64,000 bases of DNA from a virus (IMGVR_UViG_3300031576_000004:99303-163302); one strand, 5' to 3'. Positions 42,173 through 52,630 are shown, numbered from the stretch's first letter. Made by a program: numbers and translations. Notes: generated by a model not told the origin, from the letters alone.

Positions 42173-43468
42173 CTACGCCTCAACCCCGTCTTGCCTTAAC
42201 GTTAGCCTTACCTGGAAATATCTGCCTCTACCTGTCGGCAAGAATGATACGTTAGAACCTATTTCCATAGAAACCCACGCCGGAGTCAAATCTGTCTGCA
42301 GGAATGTGGTCATTGACGCCCTAATCTCTATTTTCTTCGCGTTTGGTGCGGTGTCTGTATTGTCCGTATCGATAACGTCAGTTGGTTCAGCTTCAAGGGC
42401 GGATAGATCTACATATCCAACTCTGTAAACCTGTCCGGCCCCAAGATCCTTAACGACAGACGCGTATGTCCCTGTCGTTGCTGGCGGGATAAGCTCTATT
42501 CTTCCAGACCCAGATAGTTGCGTATCAACGAATGTGCCGCCAGCCCAATCAACCGGACTAAACGTGTTAGATAGAGCGAACCCTGCAAACGTTCTTCCGC
42601 CTATGTCAGAGCTATTTATTCCAGCGCCAAACAATGGGGACGCTGCCTGAAGCCCAAACAGATTCGCTGTTACATCTATGACTAGCGGGTCAGAATCCAA
42701 AGAACCTGCGTCAGCGCTTGTAGCTGTCTGCCATGCGACAAGTGTCGTGTAATCTGTCCCGCCTCTGTGACCAACATTGGTGTTCCCGAAGAACGAGTTA
42801 TTGGATGCGGTGGAGCCAAGATTGTTATCGATATGCACGCCTGTTGTATTTGAGAGGAATAGCGTGTTGAAAACGTTTGCAGCAGTTCCGCTTGTTCCTC
42901 TTAACCTAACGCCCTTGCCGCAGCCATAGATCGTCACGTTCTTCGTTCTAACAGCAGAGAATCCAGTGCTTCCGCCCCCTGCATATACTCCAGTATCGGA
43001 ACAAGAGTAGATAACAGAATCAAATACCTGGTATGCAGCCCCACCGTCAACGCCGTCTCCGGTATCAACTCCGCGGAACGAGTCGTGAAGGACGCAATTT
43101 CTAACGGTGTGGTTGGTTGTTGTTGTTGGTTGGTTGTTATTTGAGCCTATCCTAATACAAGAAGTTAGGTGGTTCCTCATAACGAAGCCATCAATAATCC
43201 TGTCCATATTCGGTTGGTTTATGGCCTGGAATATAAATCCGAAGCCCCTGGTGTTCTCACCATCAATAACAACATGACCAAATGCCTTGGCAGTTGCTAC
43301 CAGGGCGTTCGGAAATGTAACGGTTTCTTTATATGTTCCCCTGTAAACCTGAACCGTGTCTGCGCCTGTCATAAGCGTTGCGGCTGCCTGGATGGTCTTC
43401 TTTGCAAGCGCCAGCGACAGCCCTGAGTTAGTATCTAGCCCAGACTTTGTTACGAAGTAGGTAGTCAT
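42173..43468 (-). CDS. right-handed beta-helix tailspike/depolymerase-like protein
   Basis: YFVTKSG.D.NSG..KTIQAA start, Asn ladders; paralog of the next gene. Confidence 0.85.
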   Translation of the reverse strand: MTTYFVTKSGLDTNSGLSLALAKKTIQAAATLMTGADTVQVYRGTYKETVTFPNALVATAKAFGHVVIDGENTRGFGFIFQAINQPNMDRIIDGFVMRNHLTSCIRIGSNNNQPTTTTNHTVRNCVLHDSFRGVDTGDGVDGGAAYQVFDSVIYSCSDTGVYAGGGSTGFSAVRTKNVTIYGCGKGVRLRGTSGTAANVFNTLFLSNTTGVHIDNNLGSTASNNSFFGNTNVGHRGGTDYTTLVAWQTATSADAGSLDSDPLVIDVTANLFGLQAASPLFGAGINSSDIGGRTFAGFALSNTFSPVDWAGGTFVDTQLSGSGRIELIPPATTGTYASVVKDLGAGQVYRVGYVDLSALEAEPTDVIDTDNTDTAPNAKKIEIRASMTTFLQTDLTPAWVSMEIGSNVSFLPTGRGRYFQVRLTLRQDGVEA

Positions 43469-44784
43469 TAGGCTTCAACTCCATCGTTCCTAAGCGTCAG
43501 CCTGAACTGGATGTACCTTCCCTTAACGGTGGGCAACGTGGTGTTAGAGCCAACCTCAAGAGCTACCCACGCAGGAGATCCAGCCGTTGGAGAGAACGAG
43601 CTTGCGCTCATCCTGACTTCTATCTTCTGCGAGTTTGGAGCCGTGTCTGTGTTGTCTGTATCGACAACGTCTAAAGGATTCAGTTCCGATGCCGCCAACT
43701 CAATCCCAGTGATCTTCTGGAACTGTATGTTCCCGATATCCTTAACAACCGAAGCATATGTCCCTACTGTAGCTGGCGGAACGATTTCGATTTTGCCAAG
43801 CCCACCAATCTGAGTGTCCGTGAATATCCCAGCTGCAAAGTCTGCTGGGGAGAATAGATTGGATAGAGAGAACATGGACTTCCCATGCCCGCCGATATTC
43901 TCTCCGTTCATTCCAGTCCCAACGCACGGAGATGTGCTCTGAAGAGCAAACAGCCTTACTGAAGAGTCTACATGTAGCGGATCAGTACCGATGGATGAGG
44001 CGTCTTTCCCAGTGGCGGTCTTCCACGCGGCGAACGTCGCGTAAAGAGTGCTGCTCATCTTACCAGCGCTCGTATTTCCAAAGTAGTCATTGAAGTCAAG
44101 AGTCCCGCCAATAGAAGAATTGGCATTGAAATTAAGTCCGATTCCGCAACTGGCAAGTATGTTGCTAAATATTGTTCCGCCGGCGTTATTGTTGCGTTCG
44201 TCCCTTAACCCAGCACCACAATTAAATATTGTGTTGCTCTTCATTCTGAGCTGTGGACTAAATCCTCCACCGAGAGAGCTCATGTGTATACCAGCTGCGG
44301 AACAGTCGTAAATTGTGTTAAATTGAGAATCTACAGAGTAGCCAGAGGAAATAAGATCGTTCGATCCGCCGCGGATCCCTATCACGTTATTACGTATAAT
44401 GCAATTTCTTGTAAGAGCCTCCACAAGCGATCCGCTTCCGAAGTTGTTTCCTGTATGCAGGACACCAGCAAATGTGTGATTTATGATCGTGAATCCATCA
44501 ACAGTGGATACATTTGTTCCTGTATTATTGAAAGAGTGTGTAATACCAACACCCCTTAGGTTCTCTCCGTCAATGATTACATTCCCAATCGCTTTTAGAA
44601 TGAACCCAGATGCGCTATTAAACGCTGGCATGCTAACTGACTCTTTGTAAACGCCACGATACACATGCACTTCGTCCCCTGCAGATGAAGCAGACACAGC
44701 GCCTCCGATTGTCTTTTTTGCAAGGGCTAGCGTGAGCCCGCTGTTTGAATCGTTACCTGATTTCGTTACATGCCGTATCGACAT
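43468..44784 (-). CDS. right-handed beta-helix tailspike/depolymerase-like protein
   Basis: As above; highly similar C-terminal ~120 aa. Confidence 0.85.
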   Translation of the reverse strand: MSIRHVTKSGNDSNSGLTLALAKKTIGGAVSASSAGDEVHVYRGVYKESVSMPAFNSASGFILKAIGNVIIDGENLRGVGITHSFNNTGTNVSTVDGFTIINHTFAGVLHTGNNFGSGSLVEALTRNCIIRNNVIGIRGGSNDLISSGYSVDSQFNTIYDCSAAGIHMSSLGGGFSPQLRMKSNTIFNCGAGLRDERNNNAGGTIFSNILASCGIGLNFNANSSIGGTLDFNDYFGNTSAGKMSSTLYATFAAWKTATGKDASSIGTDPLHVDSSVRLFALQSTSPCVGTGMNGENIGGHGKSMFSLSNLFSPADFAAGIFTDTQIGGLGKIEIVPPATVGTYASVVKDIGNIQFQKITGIELAASELNPLDVVDTDNTDTAPNSQKIEVRMSASSFSPTAGSPAWVALEVGSNTTLPTVKGRYIQFRLTLRNDGVEA

Positions 44785-45020
44785 TACAGCGCCTCCACCG
44801 ACTCAAGAGCGTCCGATTGCGCGCCCCAGGAGTCGCTAGTCACCGGATTAATAAATACTTTCTGTGAAACGTACTTGTATCCAACCTGTACGCTCTGCCA
44901 CGTTTCAGAGAGCGCCCTCTTGAGGGAGCTGTTTGGGATGTCTTCCTCAACCTTTGAATAAGCTACGTCAGAAGCAGATAAAATCTGCCGCATTAAAGTG
45001 AAGCCTTCTGGTGTTAGCAT
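44784..45020 (-). CDS. small hypothetical protein
   Basis: TAATG-coupled to the beta-helix gene. Confidence 0.65.
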   Translation of the reverse strand: MLTPEGFTLMRQILSASDVAYSKVEEDIPNSSLKRALSETWQSVQVGYKYVSQKVFINPVTSDSWGAQSDALESVEAL

Positions 45021-45029
45021 GTTTTATTC

Positions 45030-46352
45030 CTAAGAGTTCCCAAATGGGTCATGGGTTCTTGTGGGCAACGCAACTTCCAATAGTGTATCAAATTGTGCGG
45101 TCGGTGTATTGGGGATTTTGACGGTGCGCCTGTAATTAACGAGAGGAATAAATACTGTAAATTCTCCACCCTGAATAAGCTCGACTTTGAAATGCCCATT
45201 GGCGTCAGCCTGGGTTGATACCATTGCCGTGGCCGTAATAACAGCGCCTGTTCCGCGACGGCCAGCGCTGTGGAATTCTATGACGACTCCTTTTGGCTCG
45301 CCATTAGGGCCGGTTGTGTCTAGCAGCGGCTGCCCATTTGGGCCAACGATATCGCCTTCTATAACGCACGCTCCAGACACAGACGGGACGCTTACGTTGG
45401 CCACAGGGGCCACAACCTTAAAGAAGAACTCGTGAAGCTTAACTATCGTTCCAACTGTTGATCTGTAGACATAACGCCATTGCCCCAAAGGATCTGTCGC
45501 CAGGACAGAGAATAGATAATCAAATATACCAACAGATGTCGGGACAACCGTTACTGGAGATCCGAGATGGTTTACGCTTACTGGGTCCGTTATTGAGATT
45601 ATCTCGACTAGGGTTGGGTTGAAAAGTGCTCCGGAATCGCTCCGCATTGTTGCGCTTAGCGTTATAGGGTTTCCCCTAATAACTGACTTTCCAGAGACCG
45701 TGGGGATGGTCCTGGTGTCGACGGTAAATGCTGAGCTCTTGTTAAGTGTTCCTGATACGTTAAAGAACTCAGCATTGGCTCTTAACCTTGCTGCAGAACT
45801 GAAGATGCCAGAGCCCAAATCGGATACGGCATCCCAGACTATAACGTGTTCCTTGCCAGCTCTAGTGGCCTTCAGGCTCGCTATATCCGTCTCAATGGAC
45901 GCTGGGAGCTCTTCTCCAGCAAACGCGCCTGTGAGCGAATATTCGATGGTTGGGACAGAAACTGCCACAGTGAAGTCATAGTGCGCCTTCAGGGTAACAT
46001 CTACTGCCGTATTGTCAGCTCGCTGCGCAACGTCAGTGAACTCTATAAACGGCTGGGTTCCAAGGAATATCCTTGATGTCGCAATGACGCTCGCGATAAG
46101 GGCCAGATTCCTTACCTGAACATAGACAGTTTTAAAACCCTGAGCGGAGCTCCCGCCGAATGTTGACAGATCCCAATTGAACTTCTTCTGGGCTATTGGC
46201 TCGTATGGCGAGAACGTTGTCCCGTCATTCGAGAACCTTATTTCCGTTGCGTCCGGAGACGCGTACGTTTCGATGTTTACTATAAGCCCTATGGTCGATA
46301 TAGGGTTACGTTCGCTCGCTGTGAAGATGTGAACATTGAGTATCTGTGGCAT
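45030..46352 (-). CDS. multi-Ig-like virion protein
   Basis: Paralog of 39168-40412. Confidence 0.8.
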   Translation of the reverse strand: MPQILNVHIFTASERNPISTIGLIVNIETYASPDATEIRFSNDGTTFSPYEPIAQKKFNWDLSTFGGSSAQGFKTVYVQVRNLALIASVIATSRIFLGTQPFIEFTDVAQRADNTAVDVTLKAHYDFTVAVSVPTIEYSLTGAFAGEELPASIETDIASLKATRAGKEHVIVWDAVSDLGSGIFSSAARLRANAEFFNVSGTLNKSSAFTVDTRTIPTVSGKSVIRGNPITLSATMRSDSGALFNPTLVEIISITDPVSVNHLGSPVTVVPTSVGIFDYLFSVLATDPLGQWRYVYRSTVGTIVKLHEFFFKVVAPVANVSVPSVSGACVIEGDIVGPNGQPLLDTTGPNGEPKGVVIEFHSAGRRGTGAVITATAMVSTQADANGHFKVELIQGGEFTVFIPLVNYRRTVKIPNTPTAQFDTLLEVALPTRTHDPFGNS

Positions 46353-46356
46353 GTCA

Positions 46357-46896
46357 TTAGAAAGGGTTGAAGATAGGCTTCCTTACCCCTACCACTCCAA
46401 CAATATCCTTTATATTCAGCGTGGCTTGGTTCGGCACAGCGAACTGAAGCTCAACGCCCATCTTTTGGATCCTGAGTCTAACCAGAGCGCCAATCGGGGT
46501 ATAGATCTCAAACTTCCCAAGATTACTTGTGTTCATAATAAGGTCGTCTTCTGTTAGCCCTGAGCCCTGGACAAATTGGAACGTGTCTGATGGGTCTACA
46601 AAGACCTCCACCAGAGCGTTCTCTTCTGGATTGCCATTAGAGTCGATCACAGTCCCGAACACCTTGCAGGTGTTTGCCGGCGGGGCGAATTGCTGCAGCG
46701 TTCCAGATCTAGGCCCCTCAGTCCCATACTGGTCTACCGCGGCAACCTGATAGAAGTTCGTGATCAGCCCAACGCCGTCTTGATATGACGTGCCTGGGAC
46801 GTTCGTCAGCAAGACAAACGGGCCTACAGACGTCGCAGCTTTATAGACGTTGTAACTGAAAGCGCCTGGAACATCTGCCCATTCAATAACGATCAT
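46357..46896 (-). CDS. FN3-like + transthyretin-like domain virion protein
   Basis: W..V.GA.SYNVY...Y.V.AVD..G.EG..S. Confidence 0.75.
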   Translation of the reverse strand: MIVIEWADVPGAFSYNVYKAATSVGPFVLLTNVPGTSYQDGVGLITNFYQVAAVDQYGTEGPRSGTLQQFAPPANTCKVFGTVIDSNGNPEENALVEVFVDPSDTFQFVQGSGLTEDDLIMNTSNLGKFEIYTPIGALVRLRIQKMGVELQFAVPNQATLNIKDIVGVVGVRKPIFNPF

Positions 46897-47252
46897 TGGT
46901 TCTTAACCTTTGTTATTGATGGAGCCTTAAGCCTTACTGGCTCATACGGCTTTATGCTCTGCCATTCATCAGGGGTTGCCCCAACATAACGAACCGAGTA
47001 GACGGTGTCGATATCTGAATCGTCGTCTATGAAGTAGTTAGAGGTAAGCAGACCGCTGCTGCTTACCCCTAGTTTGATGTGAAGAGGCTCGGCATTCTGA
47101 TGCCACCTCAGGTTTTTCCCCAAAGCGAATGTGTCTGCTTTGCAGTACTTTCTTAGCTCGGCCCAGTCGTAAGCGTATTCGCCATCGTTCTTTAAAACGA
47201 TAAGCGTTACGTTACCACTCAGCCTTACAAGAAAATGCTGATGACACCGCAT
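46893..47252 (-). CDS. hypothetical protein
   Basis: Coupled ORF. Confidence 0.55.
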   Translation of the reverse strand: MRCHQHFLVRLSGNVTLIVLKNDGEYAYDWAELRKYCKADTFALGKNLRWHQNAEPLHIKLGVSSSGLLTSNYFIDDDSDIDTVYSVRYVGATPDEWQSIKPYEPVRLKAPSITKVKNQ

Positions 47253-47262
47253 GCCACTTGGA

Positions 47263-47568
47263 CTACTTCCCCTTCGGGAACCGGCTCTTCACCCAGGCCC
47301 ACATTGGGGATAGGATAGGATCAAGAACCTTGTCGTAGGACAACCCTGCGACAGCGGTTCCAACCACAGCGCTAGAAAGCTGTGTCTGCAGAGATGTTCC
47401 GGCCACAACATGGCCCGTAAAGGCTGCCGCAATGGTCGTGAGAGCACCACCAATGCAAGCAACGGCCTTAGGATCCATCTTCGTGAGAACCCAGTTCTTC
47501 AAAACGAAGGTTAGGACCAGAGCACCTGTTCCAACCGTTGTAGCAAGACCAGCGTTAACATCTACCAT
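47263..47568 (-). CDS. holin-like multi-TM membrane protein
   Basis: Three hydrophobic segments, basic C-terminus; function inferred. Confidence 0.55.
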   Translation of the reverse strand: MVDVNAGLATTVGTGALVLTFVLKNWVLTKMDPKAVACIGGALTTIAAAFTGHVVAGTSLQTQLSSAVVGTAVAGLSYDKVLDPILSPMWAWVKSRFPKGK

Positions 47569-47607
47569 TTCGGGAACCTCCTTAAATTGGGACTAAATAC
47601 GCCTAAT

Positions 47608-47636
47608 ATTCTATCAAGGACCGACTTCGTAGTCAA
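47608..47636 (-). promoter_or_regulatory. class A promoter TTGACT-N17-TAGAAT (extended TGn)
   Basis: Matches the 27818 and 54688 copies. Confidence 0.68.
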
Positions 47637-48567
47637 TCTCAAGGTAGTCCTGAACTGACGAGTCTGGGAACTGTTCCGACTCGACAAGCAGCGTAAATGT
47701 GGTCGTGCTTGTCTTGTCCACCAACGAGTCCCTTAGTTTAATGCCGTTCAAGTAAACCTTTAGACTTCCGGTTACGTATGAGTCTCCGCCAGGAAGCGTG
47801 AACAGCGCATTTAGGCCGTTTTGAGCCCCCACTGGCGTGGCGTTGTATTCGTGGTCATGGGCGAGACCTTCGAGCGTTGAAACCCTGTTATCGAGGCCCA
47901 CAAGGTCCCTGGTGTTCGGAACGGCAACGTCAAAGGCTGTGCCTTTAATATCAGCCAGGATGGCGGCAACGTCGGCTTCAATTTCTCCGACGGCGATTCC
48001 TTCAGAAAGAAGCGTCTTAATGGGCAGCTCGCCTAGAGTGCTCTGCAGGCCGTACTTCACCTTTATCTGGACGCCTGGCGGCGCACTAAACTGTATGTAC
48101 GGGTTAAGCGCCCAGGTATTCCCAACAACGGTCGTCGTGCCCGCAGAGTCTGATGTCACGTCGGTAACGATCTCGAGCTCAAAATCATCCGATGCCCTGA
48201 ATATCCCTATAAATGTTTCTACAGCTTCCAGCGGCACTATCCCGACGTAAATTGGCGTCAGAGACGTTACCTGATAATAAGACGTCGCCACAACACCAGC
48301 AGATGTCTCCTGCGCTGGAATCGCCATCGGCTTAAGGTTGAACTCGTCTAGGGCGTCCTGAACAGTGGTCGTCGACAGGGCTGATGCCGTTGGGTCAAAA
48401 AGGATATCAACAGCCGGATGCGCCTTGGCTGGATACGCCGAGTTAACTATGTGAGCTTCTAGCTCTGCCGTTGTGAACGATATCCCGATAAGCGCTTGGA
48501 TATCATCCGTAACATAGAAGATGTTCGGATCGAGCTGTTTCCTAGGTATTCTGTGAAAATCAACCAT
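47614..48567 (-). CDS. virion fibre-like protein
   Basis: VQDALDE linker; C-terminal FTL...SLKVYLNG module. Confidence 0.75.
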   Translation of the reverse strand: MVDFHRIPRKQLDPNIFYVTDDIQALIGISFTTAELEAHIVNSAYPAKAHPAVDILFDPTASALSTTTVQDALDEFNLKPMAIPAQETSAGVVATSYYQVTSLTPIYVGIVPLEAVETFIGIFRASDDFELEIVTDVTSDSAGTTTVVGNTWALNPYIQFSAPPGVQIKVKYGLQSTLGELPIKTLLSEGIAVGEIEADVAAILADIKGTAFDVAVPNTRDLVGLDNRVSTLEGLAHDHEYNATPVGAQNGLNALFTLPGGDSYVTGSLKVYLNGIKLRDSLVDKTSTTTFTLLVESEQFPDSSVQDYLEIDYEVGP

Positions 48568-48593
48568 GTCTATTTATTCCTAGCGCCTTTGCG

Positions 48594-49088
48594 TCACTGC
48601 GCGCAAAACCCACCATTTTGATTGTCAGTCGAGAACGCCTTCTTAACAGCATCGATTACGGTAGCCATTCTAAATGGCTTCCGTATAAATTCCACCCCAT
48701 ATTTAAGTGAGATGTCGTGCAATTCGCTATCTGGCTGTGCAGAGATTACTATCGTCTTGAATTTGGCTTTCTGGATTAGCTCTAGGACTTGCTTCCCGTT
48801 CAGCTTCGGCATCCCGATATCAAGAAGAACAAGTCCTATATCGTTCTCAGCTATCTTCCGAACGCAGTCATCTCCGTTAGAAGCTTCTGTAACTTCGTAT
48901 CCAAGCCCCTCGAGAGAATGCCTTATTATATAGCGTATATTTTCGTCGTCATCACAGACCATAACTCTGGCCCCGCGCTTACTAAGCTTTGATCTGAGTA
49001 AGCCGTCAAGATCGGCTATGCTTGCCAAGACCTCTGCGCAATCGTCTTGGACATCAGAGAACGCCTTTTGAACTTCTTGAGTTCTCAT
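48594..49088 (-). CDS. response-regulator receiver (CheY-like) protein
   Basis: VCDDD, LLDIGMP (phospho-Asp), ISA, KPF. Confidence 0.92.
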   Translation of the reverse strand: MRTQEVQKAFSDVQDDCAEVLASIADLDGLLRSKLSKRGARVMVCDDDENIRYIIRHSLEGLGYEVTEASNGDDCVRKIAENDIGLVLLDIGMPKLNGKQVLELIQKAKFKTIVISAQPDSELHDISLKYGVEFIRKPFRMATVIDAVKKAFSTDNQNGGFCAQ

Positions 49089-49098
49089 TGCTGTTCTC

Positions 49099-49461
49099 CT
49101 AGAGAAACTTCAGAAGCGTTAAAGCCAAAGCAACCACCGCCTGTATTCCAATCCCAATTCCTGTCCAAAGGGCAATCTTTCCCCTGATCTCTTTCAATTC
49201 CTCTGTATTGTCTTTTGCGTTGTCTTTAATGTCTTCGACCTTCGGTTTATAGATCTCGTCTTTGAATGTCTTAAAGTCGTCCTTGCTGAGCCTAGATTTG
49301 AACAGATCTGTTATGTTTACCTTTATCTCATCAATGTCCTTTGCGCACCTTTTCCCAGTCTCTGCGAGAGTCGCTACTGATCCTCCAAGTTTTACAACAG
49401 ACTCGCTGACCTTGCCAAGCCTGGCGAGAATTTCCTTAATATCGTTATCATCAAATGGCAT
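49099..49461 (-). CDS. coiled-coil protein with C-terminal TM (XhlA/holin-like)
   Basis: Architecture only. Confidence 0.6.
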   Translation of the reverse strand: MPFDDNDIKEILARLGKVSESVVKLGGSVATLAETGKRCAKDIDEIKVNITDLFKSRLSKDDFKTFKDEIYKPKVEDIKDNAKDNTEELKEIRGKIALWTGIGIGIQAVVALALTLLKFL

Positions 49462-49501
49462 ACAGAATTCCTTATATTACGTAGACCAGCCATTGTTTAA
49501 C

Positions 49502-49771
49502 CTACGGCAGGTCGCCCTTTGCTTTAAAGTATCGCACGAGTTCTACCAACGTGATCGTCTCGTTTTCTATTTTCGCCTTTAGAGGATCCATAACGGAGCT
49601 AGAAGCTGTTGCCCTAGATCCGGCAGCGACAGCACACTCCGCAACACAATCGGGATCGACATCATCATACTCCTCTATAGACTGCCCTATAGTGGGAGTA
49701 AAGTTAGTGAATCCACTAGAAACAATCTTCCCGTCTGCTCCGCGAAGAACTCTCCATTTTGGATTAGCCAT
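49502..49771 (-). CDS. putative tail-fibre chaperone
   Basis: Small gene coupled downstream of a fibre gene. Confidence 0.55.
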   Translation of the reverse strand: MANPKWRVLRGADGKIVSSGFTNFTPTIGQSIEEYDDVDPDCVAECAVAAGSRATASSSVMDPLKAKIENETITLVELVRYFKAKGDLP

Positions 49772-50622
49772 TAGTCTAGATCCTCCATGAACCCGCCAAC
49801 GTCGATGTACATGTTTCCGCTCTGAACCTTATAATCTATAGATTGTGCTGAATCTGTCGGCACCCAGCGCCAAGCGCTTCTTCCAGAATCTGATGCGCCA
49901 ATATTTCGCAGTCCATCTCCTGGCCCGCCTGTCGGACGAACAAAGTGGTCGGATGGGTCCGCGCTCGCGCTTATGCGCACGGCGACATACCCCATTCGGC
50001 TTGTTGGCGCTACTCTTGTAGCAAGAGAGATTGGAGAGAAAGTTGTAGATGTGCCGCTGGTAAGCACATTCAAATGGTCTCCATAAATAAGCATCTTCTG
50101 CCACAAGAAGAACGGAAGCAGGTTCCCAGCACCATCCGTTCTCCGCATTCCAAGATAACGCCAGTAATCACCCGCAATGAACTTATATTGCTTTCTTCCG
50201 TCTGTGAACCCATTAACATCCGCATCTGTCGGATTTGCTGTTGTAAGCTTTATCGTCCCGTCTGCCTTAGTTAGTGCAGCAACATATTGGTTCGCGGCAG
50301 GAGATCCAGACACATAGTTCGCACCCATCGTTACGTCAATGGTGCTGTTTGCTGTCTTGGTAACCGTGAACGCGCCTAGGTTTGTCCGTCCAGCTGTTAT
50401 CAATAGGCTTGATGCTGAGCTGTATTCAGCTTGCATTCCGCTCCTGGCGTGTTCTGACCCAGACCCAGTTGCTCCGCTAATAGACACGAAAGACACGCCG
50501 TTATAGAAGTACAGGATGTTCTGGTCCGTTCTTAGGAACAACAACCCATTAAACAACCCTGTTACAGGGAATGCAGTTCCTGAGAAATTCGCGCGCTGGG
50601 ATAAGACTTTTGTTTCAGCCAT
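49771..50622 (-). CDS. receptor-binding/tail-fibre protein with shared N-terminal docking motif
   Basis: SGTAFP..GLF.G.LF.RTD...Y.YNG. Confidence 0.8.
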   Translation of the reverse strand: MAETKVLSQRANFSGTAFPVTGLFNGLLFLRTDQNILYFYNGVSFVSISGATGSGSEHARSGMQAEYSSASSLLITAGRTNLGAFTVTKTANSTIDVTMGANYVSGSPAANQYVAALTKADGTIKLTTANPTDADVNGFTDGRKQYKFIAGDYWRYLGMRRTDGAGNLLPFFLWQKMLIYGDHLNVLTSGTSTTFSPISLATRVAPTSRMGYVAVRISASADPSDHFVRPTGGPGDGLRNIGASDSGRSAWRWVPTDSAQSIDYKVQSGNMYIDVGGFMEDLD

Positions 50623-50633
50623 TTAGATCTCCA

Positions 50634-51644
50634 TTAGACAAGCCTTCTGGCAGGCGTGGAATTGAAGCCTTTATCTGTAGCAAAAAATGCTTGCCCTGAA
50701 TTCGCACCTCTAACTGCTCTGTATAGAGCAGAAACAGTTGTTGGATTTGCCGTGAGCGTTGTGACGTTTTCGCCAACACCTTGGAAAGTATCAAACCCAG
50801 ACGAATCAACAAGAACTGCCGGAGCAACTGAGAACGCTCCGTTCCATGTAATCGTTCCAGTGGTCGCAGTGCTGTAGAAAAACCCTGCCTCAAATTTGTG
50901 ACCGGCTTTAAACGACCCAGAGCCAGTTGAGGTTGGGTTATTGCTGTTCTGGCCAGCGCCTGTTGATTCAATTGCCATAACTGTAATTCCGTACCCAGAC
51001 GCGTTATTTGAATGCCAGGCAATCGCGTGAGTCCCGTGCCTATCGACATCAGACGTCGACGGAGTCCCAGAGAAGTTTAGCCCAGGCTTTTGACCTCCTG
51101 GATCAGCTGTCGCAACCTGGGAATTCCCGAACATTGCGGGGGTTCTTAGGAATGTCCGAGGGAATTGAATCCCGTCTGAGTTGTGTGAGTTCATTGTGGT
51201 TATTTCCTGGAACGTGTGCAGCAATACGCTGCTGTTTATCATCCAGCTTCCAGGGGTACATGAAAAATAATGAATTGCGTGCGATGATCCGGAGCTCGAC
51301 CGAACTTCGAACGCTGTTTTCGTGACGTTCCTAAACCTAAGAACAGCAGATGCGTCCCCCTCTTCAAGGCTAACGGCAACAAACGGATATTCAGTAAACG
51401 TTCCGCCGAACGGGATTGATGTCCAACCCGCGTTGCTCACGCCAGTAGTTCTGTTGGCATCCCACTGGAATGTCGCGATTGTTCCGCCAGTTCCTCCGGC
51501 AAGCTCCGCGAAAGACGCTCCATTGTAGTAATACAAAATCCCAAGGTCTGTTCTAAAAAACATCAGGCCAGCAAACAGTCCTACAGTAGGGAATGCGGTT
51601 CCTGACCAGTTAGATCTCTGTGGCGAGGTAAATGTTTCGACCAT
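50634..51644 (-). CDS. receptor-binding protein, H-type-lectin-like repeats
   Basis: I.F...F...P repeats; start reassigned to 51644 (TAATG). Confidence 0.8.
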   Translation of the reverse strand: MVETFTSPQRSNWSGTAFPTVGLFAGLMFFRTDLGILYYYNGASFAELAGGTGGTIATFQWDANRTTGVSNAGWTSIPFGGTFTEYPFVAVSLEEGDASAVLRFRNVTKTAFEVRSSSGSSHAIHYFSCTPGSWMINSSVLLHTFQEITTMNSHNSDGIQFPRTFLRTPAMFGNSQVATADPGGQKPGLNFSGTPSTSDVDRHGTHAIAWHSNNASGYGITVMAIESTGAGQNSNNPTSTGSGSFKAGHKFEAGFFYSTATTGTITWNGAFSVAPAVLVDSSGFDTFQGVGENVTTLTANPTTVSALYRAVRGANSGQAFFATDKGFNSTPARRLV

Positions 51645-52630
51645 TAGATCAGCCTCCTGGCAGTCACAGAGTTGTGCCCAGATGTCATTGCCATCCACGT
51701 AATAAAGTTTGAAGTTCCGCCAGCGGTAATCTCAATTGTCATGCTGCCAACAAGAGGGTTGGCTGTTATATTCCTGTGCATAACTGCGCCGCCAGTCACG
51801 TTTCCGGCTCCAAGCATTCCAACTGGCGCGGCTCCAAATGGCGTGTTGAAGGTTATTGTGGATGCATTCGCAGCACCATTCCGGAAGAAACCACACTCAA
51901 TTTGATGGCCAGCCTTCCAAGATCCCATTCCTGCAGAGGTGATGCTATTGCCACTTTGGGCTGCTCCAGTCGGCTCTATTAGAATCGCATGGAATGGTGT
52001 TTGCCCAGCATTCGGCTCGAACTCTGTATGTTGTCCAGCATCAAGGTCCGCGAGATCGTCCTGGAGGCCAGCGTGAAGCGTAACGCTTCCGTCGCCGAGG
52101 TCTGCCTCGGATGTCTTTTTGTTGGATGCAAATACTGCTGGAGTCCTGCTAAACGGACGTGGCCATGGGGCCATCCAGCCAGTTGCCGCGTCTGTCATTT
52201 GTGCAGAGAACGCCCATACCAGAAAGTCATTTACGATCCACACGCCAGGGGTGCAGGCAAAATAAGAAATGGCAGCAGTTGTTCCGCCCGCAGTCGTAAG
52301 TCTAAACCCAGTCTTTGAAACCCTGCGAACGCTCCCGCCTGATCCGGCAGTAGCAGCGTTGATCTGTGATGTGTGTGTAAGAATCGGATAACTTGTGAAC
52401 GAAGATATGAATGGAACCGCGGTCTCTGTTGTGAAATCTCCAGCAACTCGTTGAGTTTCCCACTCAAACGTTGCTAAGGATCCAGCGCTCTCGATTTCAG
52501 CAAATGTTGCACCAGTGTAGTAATATAGCTTTGCTAGATCAGTCCTGAAAAAAAGCATCCCAGTGAACAGCCCATCAAATGGGAAGGCTGTTCCAGACTG
52601 ATTAACCTGATGTGGCCCAAGTCTTTTCAT
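51644..52630 (-). CDS. receptor-binding protein, H-type-lectin-like repeats (paralog)
   Basis: Collinear with 50634-51644. Confidence 0.8.
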   Translation of the reverse strand: MKRLGPHQVNQSGTAFPFDGLFTGMLFFRTDLAKLYYYTGATFAEIESAGSLATFEWETQRVAGDFTTETAVPFISSFTSYPILTHTSQINAATAGSGGSVRRVSKTGFRLTTAGGTTAAISYFACTPGVWIVNDFLVWAFSAQMTDAATGWMAPWPRPFSRTPAVFASNKKTSEADLGDGSVTLHAGLQDDLADLDAGQHTEFEPNAGQTPFHAILIEPTGAAQSGNSITSAGMGSWKAGHQIECGFFRNGAANASTITFNTPFGAAPVGMLGAGNVTGGAVMHRNITANPLVGSMTIEITAGGTSNFITWMAMTSGHNSVTARRLI

